Positions 1-9,976 are shown, numbered from the stretch's first letter. The stretch: 52,626 nt of DNA from Deltaproteobacteria bacterium (GCA_016195725.1 JACPZB010000018.1:1-52626), one strand, 5' to 3'. Translations and numbers: made by a program. Notes: generated by a model not told the origin, from the sequence alone.

Positions 1-1743
1 ACGCATTTATCGCCGCATAAACCTGCTCATCCGTATATCCGCGCAAATCAATGGACTTGCTCCTGCATGCGGCAACGCACACGCCGCAGCCCTGACACAC
101 CCCTTCATTCACCCTTGCCAGCATCTTCAAAACAACACCCTGCCTGTTTTTAACCTCTTCCTTTTCAATGGCAGTATACGGACATGCAACCAAGCAGTCC
201 CAGCAGGCATTACATGTATTTCTGTTTACAACAGATGTTATCGGCTCCCTTGCCATCTGGTCATTTGAAAATAATGCCAAGACCTTGCTTGCGGCAGCGC
301 TTCCCATTGAAACCGAATCGGGAATATCCATCGGCCCCGCGCATGTGCCTGCAAGGAAAATCCCTGCTGTTACAGTCTCAACTGGTTTCAATTTCGGGTG
401 ATATTCATTATAAAATTTATATTTGTCGTAACCGATGCCGAGTTTCTGCGCAACAGTATCTGCGCCATCCCTTGATACAATAGCTGTTGCAAGAACAACC
501 ATATCCGCCTCAATCTCCACCTGATTGCCTGAAAGCGTATCAGCACCCTGAACAACCACCTTGCCGTCTTTTTCGTAGACCCTTGAAACCCTGCCTCTCA
601 GATACATGGCGCCGTCGTGCTCAATCGCCCGTCTCACAAATTCCTCATACCTTTTTCCGCCTGCCCTGATGTCCATGTAAAACACATACGACTGGCCGTC
701 ATGCACCTTGTGCTTATAAAGCATGGTATGCTTTGCAGTATACATGCAGCAGATTTTTGAGCAATATGAAACGCCCTTTTTCTCATCCCTTGAACCTACG
801 CACTGGATAAATACAACATTCTTTGGGGTCTTGCCGTCTGACGGTCTTTTGATTTCACCGCCTGTTGGTCCTGATGCAGAGACTAATCTTTCAAACTGCA
901 ATCCGCTTATAACATCCTTGATTTTGCCATAGCCATATTCGCCGAACCTTTCATTCGGCATCAACTGATACCCTGTTGCAACAACGATTGCGCCGACATC
1001 TTCTGTGATAACCGTATCCTGCTGTTTAATCTTGCCTTCTTTCTTATCTGGACAGTAAAGTTGCCAATATAGCCGTCAACCTTTTCAACCTCACTCCATG
1101 TTAAAATCTTTATGTTTTCATTGAGCGACGCCTCAACCATCTTTGGCGTCATAATGCACTGGGAGCAATCCATTGTCGGGAATGTCTCGGAAAGTTTTGC
1201 CATATTGCCGCCGATGGAAGGCTCTCTTTCAATAAGAATCACCTGCCTCCCGCCCTCTGCAATATCAAGCGCCGCCTGTATGCCTGCAATGCCTCCACCG
1301 ATAACAAGCGCCTTTTTCTTGATCGGTATCTTTATTTTTGAGAGAGACTTATTTTTCTTAAGTCGCTCAATGCTCATCCGCGTAAGGTCAATGCTCTTGC
1401 GCGTTCCTGCCGCCTTGGTCGTGTCGTGATGAACCCACGAACACTGCTCGCGGATATTGGTGATCTCGCACTTATAAGGATTCAGCCCCGCCGCTTCGCA
1501 CGCCTTGCGGAAGGTCTTCTCGTGCATGTGCGGAGAACAGGCAGAAACAATAACTCCGTCAAGTTTGTGCTGCTTTACAATCTCTTTTAGATTGTCCTGC
1601 CCGGGCGCGGAGCACATGAACTTATAATCGCCGGTGTAGACAACACCCGGCAGTTTCGCCATCTCCTCTGCGACCTTTTTGGTGTCAACAGTGGATGCTA
1701 TGTTTGTCCCGCACTGGCAGACGAATACGCCTATTCGCGGCAT
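1..1743 (-). pseudogene. hdrA: Heterodisulfide reductase subunit A, frameshifted with an internal deletion at ~1029; 3' end runs off the window
   Basis: N-part 1743-1030 has RIGVFVCQCG, SACSP, NIREQCSWVH, GGGIAG and TFPTMDCSQC. A second frame from 1027 reads KQQDTVITEDVGAIVVATGY..QCVGSRD..YCSKICCMY..CNACWDCLVACP..CQGCGVCVAAC with no stop to base 1. Confidence 0.9.
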
Positions 1744-1744
1744 A

Positions 1745-2608
1745 CTAAATCCCCTTCCCCTTCAACACCGGCCTTACATCAAACAAATTCTTTTCAAGCC
1801 CCAGACTACCTTCATCCTGACCCAGTGCCAAACCTAATAACTGTGTAAAATACAGGCTTGGCATTTGCGTACCTCCAACACTGCCTTCCATTCTCTTTTG
1901 GCTCTTCTCAAGATTATACTGGCACAGGGGACAACTTGTTACGATAATCTCTGCGCCTTTGTTTTTCGCCGAACTCAATACATTGCCAGAGAGTTTCGTA
2001 ACAACATCCTCATTCCCCATTGCGAGGTGGGTGCCGCAGCACTCTATTTTATTAGGAAACTCCACAGGCTCGCAGCCGAGCGTTTTTAATAAATCCTCAA
2101 ATATGGTCGGTGCCTCTGCATTGTCTATGCCCATGTCTTCAAAGGGTCTGAGCAACATACAACCATAATATGCGCCTGCCTTAACTCCCTTGAGCGGCCT
2201 CTTTACCGCTGCCTTTACCTTATCAAAACCTATCTTATCCCGCAAAACCTCTAAAAAGTGAATCACATTCAAACTGCCGTCGTATTCTTCTTCAATAAAA
2301 TTATTTATCACGCCGCGCTTCTCTTTGTCATCCCGAACCACCTTGTTCGTGCGCTTCAAGACATTGTAACAAACAGAGCAGAGCGTAGTTACCGTGTCCC
2401 CTTCTTTTCTTGCATTGCTCAAAACCTTTGCCGGCGCGGTCAAGCCCATAACATTGTCAGGGGTGAGAGGAAATGCGGCGCCGCAGCAATTCCACTGAAC
2501 AAGCTCCTTCAACTCAAAACCGAGGAGAACAGCGGACTGTCTTGCCGAAGTATCAAAACCTTTGGCAACGGTATTTAAAGTACAACCTGGGTAATAGGAA
2601 ATCTTCAT
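1745..2608 (-). CDS. hdrB: Heterodisulfide reductase subunit B (two CCG domains)
   Basis: YYPGC, NCCGA, LCSVC, YYGCML, ECCG and SCPLC motifs; start moved to ATG 2608 (MKISYYPGC). Confidence 0.93.
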   Translation of the reverse strand: MKISYYPGCTLNTVAKGFDTSARQSAVLLGFELKELVQWNCCGAAFPLTPDNVMGLTAPAKVLSNARKEGDTVTTLCSVCYNVLKRTNKVVRDDKEKRGVINNFIEEEYDGSLNVIHFLEVLRDKIGFDKVKAAVKRPLKGVKAGAYYGCMLLRPFEDMGIDNAEAPTIFEDLLKTLGCEPVEFPNKIECCGTHLAMGNEDVVTKLSGNVLSSAKNKGAEIIVTSCPLCQYNLEKSQKRMEGSVGGTQMPSLYFTQLLGLALGQDEGSLGLEKNLFDVRPVLKGKGI

Positions 2609-2639
2609 AGCTTTTTGTATTCGTAATGCATCTATCAAG

Positions 2640-2762
2640 TTCACGCTCAAAAATCGCCCAGATGCAAGGCGGAGCAAGGCTTCAAGCGAGGCATACTTTT
2701 ATAGTATGTTGAGCGCAGAAGCCGCAACGACAACACAGCAGATGGGCATTTTTCAGCGTCAA
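2640..2762. repeat. ERIC-like ~123-bp palindromic intergenic element
   Basis: Imperfect terminal IR acgctcaaaaatcgcccagatgc / gcagatgggcatttttcagcgt; core GAGGCATAC-loop-GTATGTTGAG; CAAGG and ACACAGCA motifs. Confidence 0.7.
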
Positions 2763-3170
2763 CTAACTTACAAACTTCCTGAACCCGCAAACTATCGCCT
2801 GCTGCGGGGCGTTTTTCATAAACGGGAATGCTATTTCCTTAATCTGCGCGTGGTCATCGCCTTTTCTAAGGGTAATCTGCCTCAATGCCTCAAGTATTTT
2901 TGCAGCGCTTACACCTTTTGGACATCTACAGTAACATTGCAGACACCCGACACACAGCCACATGGAATTTGAATTTTTTACAGCATCTTCCTGACCAAGC
3001 TGCAAGAGCCGTATAATCTCTCTCGGCCCGAAATCCATTGCAAATGATACAGGGCACCCGCCTGTGCAGTTTCCGCACTGGTAACAGTTTGCAAGCTCCT
3101 CGCCGCTTATCCTCTCAACGAGCTTAACAAATTCACTCTGTAAGTTTTCTTTTCCAAGCTTGATTAACAT
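2763..3170 (-). CDS. hdrC: Heterodisulfide reductase subunit C (2x[4Fe-4S])
   Basis: CYQCGNCTGGCP and WLCVGCLQCYCRCP; lies directly before hdrB and hdrA. Confidence 0.92.
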   Translation of the reverse strand: MLIKLGKENLQSEFVKLVERISGEELANCYQCGNCTGGCPVSFAMDFGPREIIRLLQLGQEDAVKNSNSMWLCVGCLQCYCRCPKGVSAAKILEALRQITLRKGDDHAQIKEIAFPFMKNAPQQAIVCGFRKFVS

Positions 3171-3177
3171 AAAATTA

Positions 3178-3247
3178 CAGGGTTAAGGGGCATGGGTCAT
3201 GGGTCAAGAAAAAACAACTTGTCCCTTGCTACTTGACCCTTGACCCT
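3178..3247. repeat. Inverted heptamer tandem array (GGGTCAW / WTGACCC)
   Basis: gggttaa-ggggcat-gggtcat-gggtcaa facing cttgtcc-cttgcta-cttgacc-cttgacc. Confidence 0.85.
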
Positions 3248-3800
3248 ATCTTTTATACTTCTCCACCCCTATCTTAAACAAATCATTTCCGAAAACATCA
3301 TTCACCACAATAGCCGGAAAATCTTTAACCTCAAGCCTTCTGATTGCCTCAGGTCCTAAATCTTCATACGCCACAATCTCTGCCTTTTTAATGGTCTTTG
3401 CAATGAGCGCCGCCGCTCCGCCCACTGCCGCAAGGTAAACAGCCTTGCGTTTTTTCATTGCCTCTACTACTTCCTGAGAACGTTGGCCTTTGCCGATTGT
3501 CCCTTTCAAACCAAGTTCTAAAAGTTTAGGTGTATATACATCCATTCTGCCGCTGGTCGTCGGCCCCGCAGAACCTATCACCTGCCCCGGCTCTGGAGGC
3601 GTCGGCCCCACATAATAAATCAACTGCCCCTTAATATCAAACGGCAGCTTTTCGCCTTTATCCAAAAGTTCAATAAGCCTCTTATGCGCCGCATCTCTTG
3701 CGGTGTAGAGGACACCTGTTATCAAAACCTTATCCCCTGCTTTGAGTTTCTCCACATCTGCATTCGTCAGCGGAGGGGTTATTTTGATTGGTTGAGCCAT
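3246..3800 (-). CDS. Class I Fe-S fumarate/tartrate hydro-lyase, beta subunit
   Basis: TARDAAH, YYVGP, GPTTSGRM, IGKG and EDLGPEAI motifs. Confidence 0.93.
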   Translation of the reverse strand: MAQPIKITPPLTNADVEKLKAGDKVLITGVLYTARDAAHKRLIELLDKGEKLPFDIKGQLIYYVGPTPPEPGQVIGSAGPTTSGRMDVYTPKLLELGLKGTIGKGQRSQEVVEAMKKRKAVYLAAVGGAAALIAKTIKKAEIVAYEDLGPEAIRRLEVKDFPAIVVNDVFGNDLFKIGVEKYKR

Positions 3801-3812
3801 AATTTGCTTGTT

Positions 3813-3867
3813 TGTAGCCGCGGATATTTATGTCCGCCATTAGCCGACCTATAGGTCGGCATCTACA
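3813..3867. repeat. GTAG-type REP doublet (REPIN-like)
   Basis: TGTAG...CTACA ends enclosing two hairpins, gcgga-tatttatg-tccgc and gccgaccta-taggtcggc. Confidence 0.6.
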
Positions 3868-3872
3868 TTTAT

Positions 3873-4709
3873 TTATATAATCGTCTCCTTATGCCTTGCC
3901 GCATGACACTGAATATTTACTGCCACAGGAAGGCTTGCGATGTGGCATGGCGCTGTTTTTATGTGAACGGCAAGCGCGGTTGTCCTTCCGCCGAAGCCCA
4001 TTGGGCCGATACCGAGATTATTAACCTTCTCCAGCAATTCTTTTTCAAGTGCACCCAATTCGTTATCCGGATTTGGGGTTCCGATATTTCTCAAAAGCGC
4101 CTCTTTCGCCAGCAGCGCGCTCTTTTCAAAATTTCCGCCTATGCCGATGCCCAGAATAATAGGCGGGCAAGGGTTTCCGCCTGCCTGTTTCACGGTATTG
4201 ATTACAAAATCTTTTATTGCCGGCAAACCCTGCGACGGCTTGAGCATCGCAAGCCTGCTCATGTTCTCGCTCCCCGCGCCTTTGGGCGCAATGGTTATCT
4301 TCACCCTATCTCCGTCAACAATTTTTGTATGGATGATGGCTGGCGTATTGTCTCCGGTATTTTTTCGGGTCAGCGGATGACAGACGGATTTTCTCAGATA
4401 GCCTTCTTTATATCCCTGCCTTACCCCTTCATTTATTGCATCTTCCAACCCGCCGTCAATCACCGCATTGCGTCCAACCTCAACAAAGAAAACCGCAATG
4501 CCCGTATCCTGACACATGGGCGCATCTTCTTTCAAGGCGATCTGTGCGTTTTTAATAATCTGGTCAAGAACCTCTTTGCCGAGCGGGGATTCCTCTTTTC
4601 CTCTGAACCCTTCCAATGCCAGCACAACATCGCTGCCCAACTCGCACGCAGCTTTGATGCAGAGTTCCTTTACCTTTGATGTTATTTCCAATGGAGAAAT
4701 TTTGCGCAT
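3873..4709 (-). CDS. Class I Fe-S fumarate/tartrate hydro-lyase, alpha subunit
   Basis: PMCQDTG, KGAGSEN, GNPCPP and CHAARH; start moved to ATG 4709. Confidence 0.93.
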   Translation of the reverse strand: MRKISPLEITSKVKELCIKAACELGSDVVLALEGFRGKEESPLGKEVLDQIIKNAQIALKEDAPMCQDTGIAVFFVEVGRNAVIDGGLEDAINEGVRQGYKEGYLRKSVCHPLTRKNTGDNTPAIIHTKIVDGDRVKITIAPKGAGSENMSRLAMLKPSQGLPAIKDFVINTVKQAGGNPCPPIILGIGIGGNFEKSALLAKEALLRNIGTPNPDNELGALEKELLEKVNNLGIGPMGFGGRTTALAVHIKTAPCHIASLPVAVNIQCHAARHKETII

Positions 4710-4718
4710 ATTTACTAC

Positions 4719-4806
4719 AGGGTCAAGCGGCAAAAACACAGGGTCATGGGGCAGGGGTCAGGGGTTATGAGAAAACTTGCCCCTTGACCCATGACCCTCG
4801 CCCCTA
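4719..4806. repeat. Inverted heptamer tandem array (GGGTCAD / HTGACCC)
   Basis: gggtcat-ggggcag-gggtcag-gggttat facing ttgcccc-ttgaccc-atgaccc-tcgcccc; same unit as 3178-3247. Confidence 0.85.
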
Positions 4807-5733
4807 TATTTTTATCTCCTCAATCAACTTCCTGATCGCCGAAACCGAATTGTCAAACTGAGCCTTTTCCTCTTTATTGAGTTCGATCTCAATAATATCT
4901 TCAACGCCGCCGCTCCCGAGTTTTACCGGCACGCCGACAAAAATGCCGTTCACGCCGTACTTGCCGTTGCAATAGGCCGCACACGGTATAACGCGCTTCT
5001 TATCCCGGATGATGGATTCCGCCATCTCAACAACAGCGGCGGACGGCGCATAAAATGCGCTGCCGGTTTTCAACAGACCCACAATCTCGCCGCCCGCCTT
5101 TTTTGTCCGCTCCATGATCGCGTCAATTCTCTCTTTTTTAAGAAGCTGTGTTACCGGAATCCCTGCGACACTGCAATATCGCGGAAGCGGCACCATCTCA
5201 TCAGCATGGCCTCCGATGACCATTGCATGGACATCCTCAACCGACACCTTCATTTCCATTGCAAGAAATGCCTTGAGCCTTGCTGCATCAAGCGCGCCGG
5301 AAAGACCGATCACCCTGTTGGGAGGAAAACCGCTCACCTTCCACGCCACATAGACCATCACATCCAGCGGATTGGTGACAATAAGGATAATGGCATTGGG
5401 TGAGTGTTTCGCGATCTGCTCGACAACGGCTTTGACAATGCCGGTATTGGTATTGATAAGGTCGCTCCTGCTCATGCCCGGTTTTCTCGGTATGCCTGCG
5501 GTGATAATCACCACATCGGAATTTGCCGTATCCTTGTAATCGTTCGTTCCGGTAATTGCAGAGTCAAAACCCTCAATGGGCGACGCCTGCGTAAGGTCAA
5601 GCCCCTTGGCCTGCGGCACGCCCTCCACCACATCTATCAAAACAATATCGCCAAGCTCTTTTATGCTTGCCCACACCACAGCATGGGCTCCCACATTTCC
5701 TGCGCCAACGATAGTTATTTTTTTACGGGCCAT
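4804..5733 (-). CDS. mdh: Malate dehydrogenase (LDH-like)
   Basis: [24 protein letters not shown] and KTGSAFYAP. Confidence 0.96.
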   Translation of the reverse strand: MARKKITIVGAGNVGAHAVVWASIKELGDIVLIDVVEGVPQAKGLDLTQASPIEGFDSAITGTNDYKDTANSDVVIITAGIPRKPGMSRSDLINTNTGIVKAVVEQIAKHSPNAIILIVTNPLDVMVYVAWKVSGFPPNRVIGLSGALDAARLKAFLAMEMKVSVEDVHAMVIGGHADEMVPLPRYCSVAGIPVTQLLKKERIDAIMERTKKAGGEIVGLLKTGSAFYAPSAAVVEMAESIIRDKKRVIPCAAYCNGKYGVNGIFVGVPVKLGSGGVEDIIEIELNKEEKAQFDNSVSAIRKLIEEIKI

Positions 5734-5801
5734 ACCGCCTCCTGTTGATTTTTATGAGATTTCGCTTACATAGTGCGACATCCACCACTATGCTACCATA
5801 T

Positions 5802-5835
5802 TGTATACTGTATACATAAACAAGCAAACTGTCAA
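5802..5835 (-). promoter_or_regulatory. sigma70 promoter of the mdh-fum-hdr operon with an overlapping palindromic operator
   Basis: TTGACA (5835-5830), 17 bp, TACAGT (5812-5807); palindrome TGTATAC-N-GTATACA at 5802-5816. Confidence 0.7.
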
Positions 5836-5961
5836 GGACAAAATAAAAGACCTTTTCTTGATGTGAAGGATAATCATCCAAGACCGGTTAAATCATGAAA
5901 TATTAATCAAGGAAGGGAAGTTCCTCTGGGGAAACTTTTTTTTGTGTCTCGTTGGATAAAA

Positions 5962-6684
5962 TCAGAGCGCCTCAGCCGCTTCTATGGCCTCTTTTAAATC
6001 TATAGCCCCTGTATAGAGGGCCTTACCAATTATTATGCCTTCAAGTTTTACACTCTTAAAGCCTTCTATGTCTTTCACAGAACTCATGCCGCCAGATGCA
6101 ATTACAGGGATATTTACTGCATGCGCCATTGCTTTAGCAGCCTTTACATTTGGACCCGTAAGCATTCCATCCCTTGATATATCTGTATAAATAATACAAG
6201 ATACGCCGAGACCCTCCAACCTCTTTGCCAAATCAACAGCCTTGTCCTGCGTAACCTTTATCCAGCCTCGTGTTGCGACCATTCCGTCTTTGGCATCTAT
6301 GCCAACCGCTATACTCCCTGAGAACATCGTGCACATCTTTTCTACAAAATCAGGATTTTCTTGCGCCACTGTTCCAATGATCACCCTTTGAACGCCCTGA
6401 ATGCCAAGATAAGTTTTAATAGTTTCCACATTTCTTATTCCACCGCCAATCTCTACATCTGTTTTTATAGATTTAACTACCTTTTTAATTATATCCTGAT
6501 TTTTTGGTATTCCTTCAATTGCACCATCAAGATCAACCAGATGTATGAGCCTTGCGCCTCTTTCTTCCCATCTCTTTGCAATTTCCACCGGGTTTTCAGA
6601 ATAGACTGTTTCCGCATTCATCCTCCCCTGCGTCAGGCGGACACATTTGCCATTTTTTATATCAATAGCTGGAATGATTAACAT
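5962..6684 (-). CDS. hisA: ProFAR isomerase
   Basis: IIPAID..GKCVRL, VDLDGA, GGGIR, TDISRDG and ASGG. Confidence 0.96.
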   Translation of the reverse strand: MLIIPAIDIKNGKCVRLTQGRMNAETVYSENPVEIAKRWEERGARLIHLVDLDGAIEGIPKNQDIIKKVVKSIKTDVEIGGGIRNVETIKTYLGIQGVQRVIIGTVAQENPDFVEKMCTMFSGSIAVGIDAKDGMVATRGWIKVTQDKAVDLAKRLEGLGVSCIIYTDISRDGMLTGPNVKAAKAMAHAVNIPVIASGGMSSVKDIEGFKSVKLEGIIIGKALYTGAIDLKEAIEAAEAL

Positions 6685-6689
6685 AAAAC

Positions 6690-7316
6690 CTATGCCTTAA
6701 TGTTTCCAAAATTCTTTAATATTTGCAACCCCACTTTCTGACTCTTTTCAGGATGAAACTGGCAGGCAAAGATATTATCCTTCCAGATACTGCTTGCGAA
6801 GTCTAAACCGTAATTGGTCTTTGTTGCTATAACACTCGCATCCTTTGGCACAACATAGTATGAATGAACAAAGTAAAAATAAGAACCGTCTGCAATATCA
6901 TTCAAAATAGGCGGTTTCCGTTCAATCTTTATATCATTCCAACCCATGTGGGGTATTTTGAGTTCTGGGTCCTGAGTTCTGAGTTCTGAGGAAAAACGAA
7001 CCGCCCTTCCCTTTATAATATCCAATCCCTCGTGTCTTCCGAACTCCTCACTCTCTGAAAATAAAAGCTGAAGCCCGAGACATATGCCTAAAAAAGGCCT
7101 GCCAGATTTAATAGCATTCAGTATAGGCTCTACAAGGTCATAGTTTTTCAGATTATCCATGCAATCCTTAAATGCACCGACACCTGGCAGAACCACATGA
7201 CTTGCATTTGAAATATCTTTTGGGTTCCGTGTAATAATACACTGGTGTCCAGCCCTCTCAAAGCCTTTCTGGACACTTCTCAGATTTCCCATGCCATAAT
7301 CAATGACGGCAATCAT
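6690..7316 (-). CDS. hisH: Imidazole glycerol phosphate synthase, glutaminase subunit
   Basis: DYGMGNL, PGVGAF, GICLGLQ, PHMGWN and QFHPEKS; start ATG 7316. Confidence 0.96.
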   Translation of the reverse strand: MIAVIDYGMGNLRSVQKGFERAGHQCIITRNPKDISNASHVVLPGVGAFKDCMDNLKNYDLVEPILNAIKSGRPFLGICLGLQLLFSESEEFGRHEGLDIIKGRAVRFSSELRTQDPELKIPHMGWNDIKIERKPPILNDIADGSYFYFVHSYYVVPKDASVIATKTNYGLDFASSIWKDNIFACQFHPEKSQKVGLQILKNFGNIKA

Positions 7317-7322
7317 AATAAA

Positions 7323-7394
7323 AGATAGGCGATAGGCACGAGGCAAGAGGTGATAGGAAAATCCTATAGCCTATTGCCCATGGCCCATTGCCTG
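7323..7394. repeat. Inverted heptamer tandem array (GATAGGC / GCCTATY)
   Basis: gataggc-gataggc-acgaggc-aagaggt-gatagga facing cctatag-cctattg-cccatgg-cccattg. Confidence 0.85.
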
Positions 7395-7399
7395 TTTTT

Positions 7400-7990
7400 T
7401 TACAGTTTTCCTTTCGTTGACATTACACCCTTTATTCTCGGGTCTATTGTTACGGCTTCTTTCAATGCCCTTCCGAATGCCTTAAAAATAGCCTCTATGA
7501 TGTGGTGCATATTCCTTCCATAGGGCACGCCAATATGCAGGGTAATCCCGCTTCTGTTAACAACGGCTTGAAGAAAATCTTCCATAAGGTCTGGATCAAA
7601 ATTTTTAATTTTTACTTTTTTAGGCAATATGACCTTATAAACCAGATATGGCCTATCGCTGATATCAAGCGTTGTTGATGCAATGGCCTCATCCATTGGC
7701 ACGACCGCGCTGCCATATCTTTTAATGCCGACCTTATTGCCAAGTGCCTTTTTCAATGCATCGCCGAGGCATATGCCAATATCCTCAACTGTGTGGTGAT
7801 AATCTATTTCAATATCGCCCTTTGCCTTTATCTTCAAATCAAACAGCCCATGCTTTGTAAAAAGGGACAACATGTGATCAAGAAAGGGAATAGATGTGTC
7901 TATGGTATACATCCCTTTGCCATCCAGATTCAGGTTAAGTGTTATATCCGTTTCCTTGGTCTTTCTAACAATCTGTGCTTTTCTTGGCAT
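7400..7990 (-). CDS. hisB: Imidazoleglycerol-phosphate dehydratase
   Basis: [31 protein letters not shown] and STKGKL. Confidence 0.97.
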   Translation of the reverse strand: MPRKAQIVRKTKETDITLNLNLDGKGMYTIDTSIPFLDHMLSLFTKHGLFDLKIKAKGDIEIDYHHTVEDIGICLGDALKKALGNKVGIKRYGSAVVPMDEAIASTTLDISDRPYLVYKVILPKKVKIKNFDPDLMEDFLQAVVNRSGITLHIGVPYGRNMHHIIEAIFKAFGRALKEAVTIDPRIKGVMSTKGKL

Positions 7991-8215
7991 GCGGTCCTCC
8001 GTAATAATTGCATTGTGACAGAATGGTATAATCTTCCTTTATAAATTCTAATAGGGCCTACGATTCAAATCTCCAATTTAGCGCACATCCTCAATTAAAA
8101 TAGAATTAACACAGGAGGCTTCATTCTACAAGAAGAAATACCAGCGGTTCAAGTATAATCTTTTATTGATTTCAGAGAGGGATATTTGTGAAAATTAAAA
8201 AATTTTAAAAAGTTC

Positions 8216-8252
8216 TTGACAAAGTTCTTAAAATAGGATAAAAAAGGTCTTA
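8216..8252 (+). promoter_or_regulatory. Promoter of the rrf2-cox operon with putative Rrf2 operator 1
   Basis: TTGACA at 8216-8221; TAGGAT-N7-GTCTTA at 8234-8252 covers the expected -10 position. Confidence 0.6.
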
Positions 8253-8288
8253 AATGTTTTTAATGGCGGACCCAAGGATGGTGTTAAA

Positions 8289-8735
8289 ATGTTTAGATTG
8301 AGCAAGGCAGCGGAATACGCAATAAGAGGGGTGTTGCATCTCTCTTTCAAGGCAGAGGGAGAGACGTGCGGCATAGATGAGATAGCCAAAGCTCAGGGTG
8401 TACCGCCTGCGTATCTTGCAAAACTATTTCAATCTTTGGCGAGAAAAGGATTTGTAAGATCCTTCAGGGGAGTTGAGGGCGGTTTTATCCTCACAAAAAG
8501 GCCGAAGGATATCACCCTCCTTGAGATTATAGAGGCCATGGAAGGCCGCATCTGTTTAAACGATTGCCTCATATACGCAGGCTATTGCCCGAAGGATGAT
8601 GTATGCCCTGTTCACCCTGTATGGAAAGAGGCGCATAAGAGGTTTGTTGACTATCTAAAGGGATGCACCTTTGAAGAGATGGCTAACGCATCAAAAGTAA
8701 AGGCAATGAGAACCAAAGAAAAGATTTCAGCATAG
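8289..8735 (+). CDS. Rrf2-family Fe-S transcriptional regulator
   Basis: YAIR..L, YLAKLFQSL, SFRGVEGGF, ITLLEIIEAMEG; Cys cluster C-x6-C-x5-C. Confidence 0.93.
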   Translation: MFRLSKAAEYAIRGVLHLSFKAEGETCGIDEIAKAQGVPPAYLAKLFQSLARKGFVRSFRGVEGGFILTKRPKDITLLEIIEAMEGRICLNDCLIYAGYCPKDDVCPVHPVWKEAHKRFVDYLKGCTFEEMANASKVKAMRTKEKISA

Positions 8736-8761
8736 AAAGGAGGTGTTTTTTTAAAAACCAT

Positions 8762-8780
8762 AAAGACTATTTTGGTCTTA
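8762..8780. promoter_or_regulatory. Putative Rrf2 operator 2 upstream of the oxidase genes
   Basis: AAAGAC-tattttg-GTCTTA, with the same 7-bp spacer and right half-site as 8234-8252. Confidence 0.6.
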
Positions 8781-8829
8781 TTATTCTGTTAATCTGTATG
8801 GAATCATAAAACTCAAGGAGGTAACATCA

Positions 8830-9600
8830 ATGAGCGAAAAAATAGTGGAACATGAACTCACCTGGCATACAAGCTATTGGCCGCTTATAGGGAGTGTAGG
8901 GGTATTATTCCTTGCGCCGCTGGCATTCGCCTTCTATTTTGTCTACAAGATGCCGATGATGTCAATAATCTCGCTTGGTATAGGTGCCCCTTTGACCATA
9001 ATATCCATAGCAGGATGGGTTAAGGAGGGAATAGAGGATGAGCATGGATACAGCGAAGGCCACAGTGTCTGGGCCATGCCAATATTTATCGTGGCTGAGG
9101 CGACACTCTTTGTGGGATTTTTTGCTGCCTACTGGGCGCTGAGACTTACTGCCCCTGTCTGGCCGCCTGCCGGCACGCCTCATGAGATGCCATTTGCTAT
9201 ACCTTTAATAATGACAGCAATTCTTTTGTCATCAAGCGTTACCATCCACATGGCGGAAAAGCATCTTGAGGAAGAGACCGGCAATAAGGGTGGTTTTTTA
9301 AAATGGCTCATTATAACCATCATACTTGGAGCGGCGTTTCTGAGCCTATCAGCCTATGAATGGTCTGAGCTCATGCACGAAGGATTTAACATCAAAACAA
9401 ATATTTACTCCTCTGTATTTTTCCCTTTAACCGGCTTTCACGGCTCCCATGTGCTGGTGGGTATAGCCATGTTTGTCTGCATCCTCATACCTGCCCTTGC
9501 GGGAAAGATCAGCGAACCTTTTGTAAAATCCGCATCCATTTACTGGCATTTTGTAGATATTGTTTGGTTATTTGTAGTTTCGCAGGTCTACTTCTGGTGA
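8830..9600 (+). CDS. ctaE: Heme-copper oxidase subunit III
   Basis: FIVAEATLF, WPP, LTGFHGSHV and YWHFVDIVW. Confidence 0.93.
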   Translation: MSEKIVEHELTWHTSYWPLIGSVGVLFLAPLAFAFYFVYKMPMMSIISLGIGAPLTIISIAGWVKEGIEDEHGYSEGHSVWAMPIFIVAEATLFVGFFAAYWALRLTAPVWPPAGTPHEMPFAIPLIMTAILLSSSVTIHMAEKHLEEETGNKGGFLKWLIITIILGAAFLSLSAYEWSELMHEGFNIKTNIYSSVFFPLTGFHGSHVLVGIAMFVCILIPALAGKISEPFVKSASIYWHFVDIVWLFVVSQVYFW

Positions 9601-9643
9601 TCGGGTTATTTTATTGAAAAAAATATGCCGTAAGGAGGAACAT

Positions 9644-9976
9644 ATGCGTAACATTATATGGCTAATAACTTTGTCAATAAATTTTGTGTTTGCCGGGACC
9701 GTTCTGGCGGCAGATGGAGCGACAATCTATAAGACAAAGTGCGCTCTATGTCATGGTGACAAGGGTGAAGGCAAGAAGGGGATGGCGCCGGCGCATAGAG
9801 GCAACGAGTTTATAAGCAAAGGAAAGACGGAGGATGTTAAGAAGGTTATCCTTGAAGGCCGAGAGGGCGCTGCAAAAAAATATAAAGAATTCCCGATTCC
9901 TATGCCCAAGTCCGGCCTATCAGACACCGATGCCGATGCGGTGGCAAAGTTTATGCAGGGCGACTTGCAGAAATAG
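9644..9976 (+). CDS. Periplasmic monoheme class I cytochrome c
   Basis: Signal peptide, CALCH and distal PMP; RBS aaggagg before ATG 9644. Confidence 0.92.
   Translation: MRNIIWLITLSINFVFAGTVLAADGATIYKTKCALCHGDKGEGKKGMAPAHRGNEFISKGKTEDVKKVILEGREGAAKKYKEFPIPMPKSGLSDTDADAVAKFMQGDLQK

Noticed and set aside
1020-1045. Programmed frameshift in hdrA
   Set aside because: No slippery heptamer at the junction, and a whole domain is missing, which frameshifting would not explain.
2609-2677. N-terminal extensions of hdrB, fumarase alpha, hisH, ctaC, ftsY and nirN in the ORF track
   Set aside because: They run through repeat or intergenic DNA; family-typical starts lie downstream.
3891-4679. Long antisense ORFs (also 10059-10667, 22270-23049, 52133-52603 and the + ORFs in 168-932)
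   Set aside because: Shadows of well-supported genes on the opposite strand.
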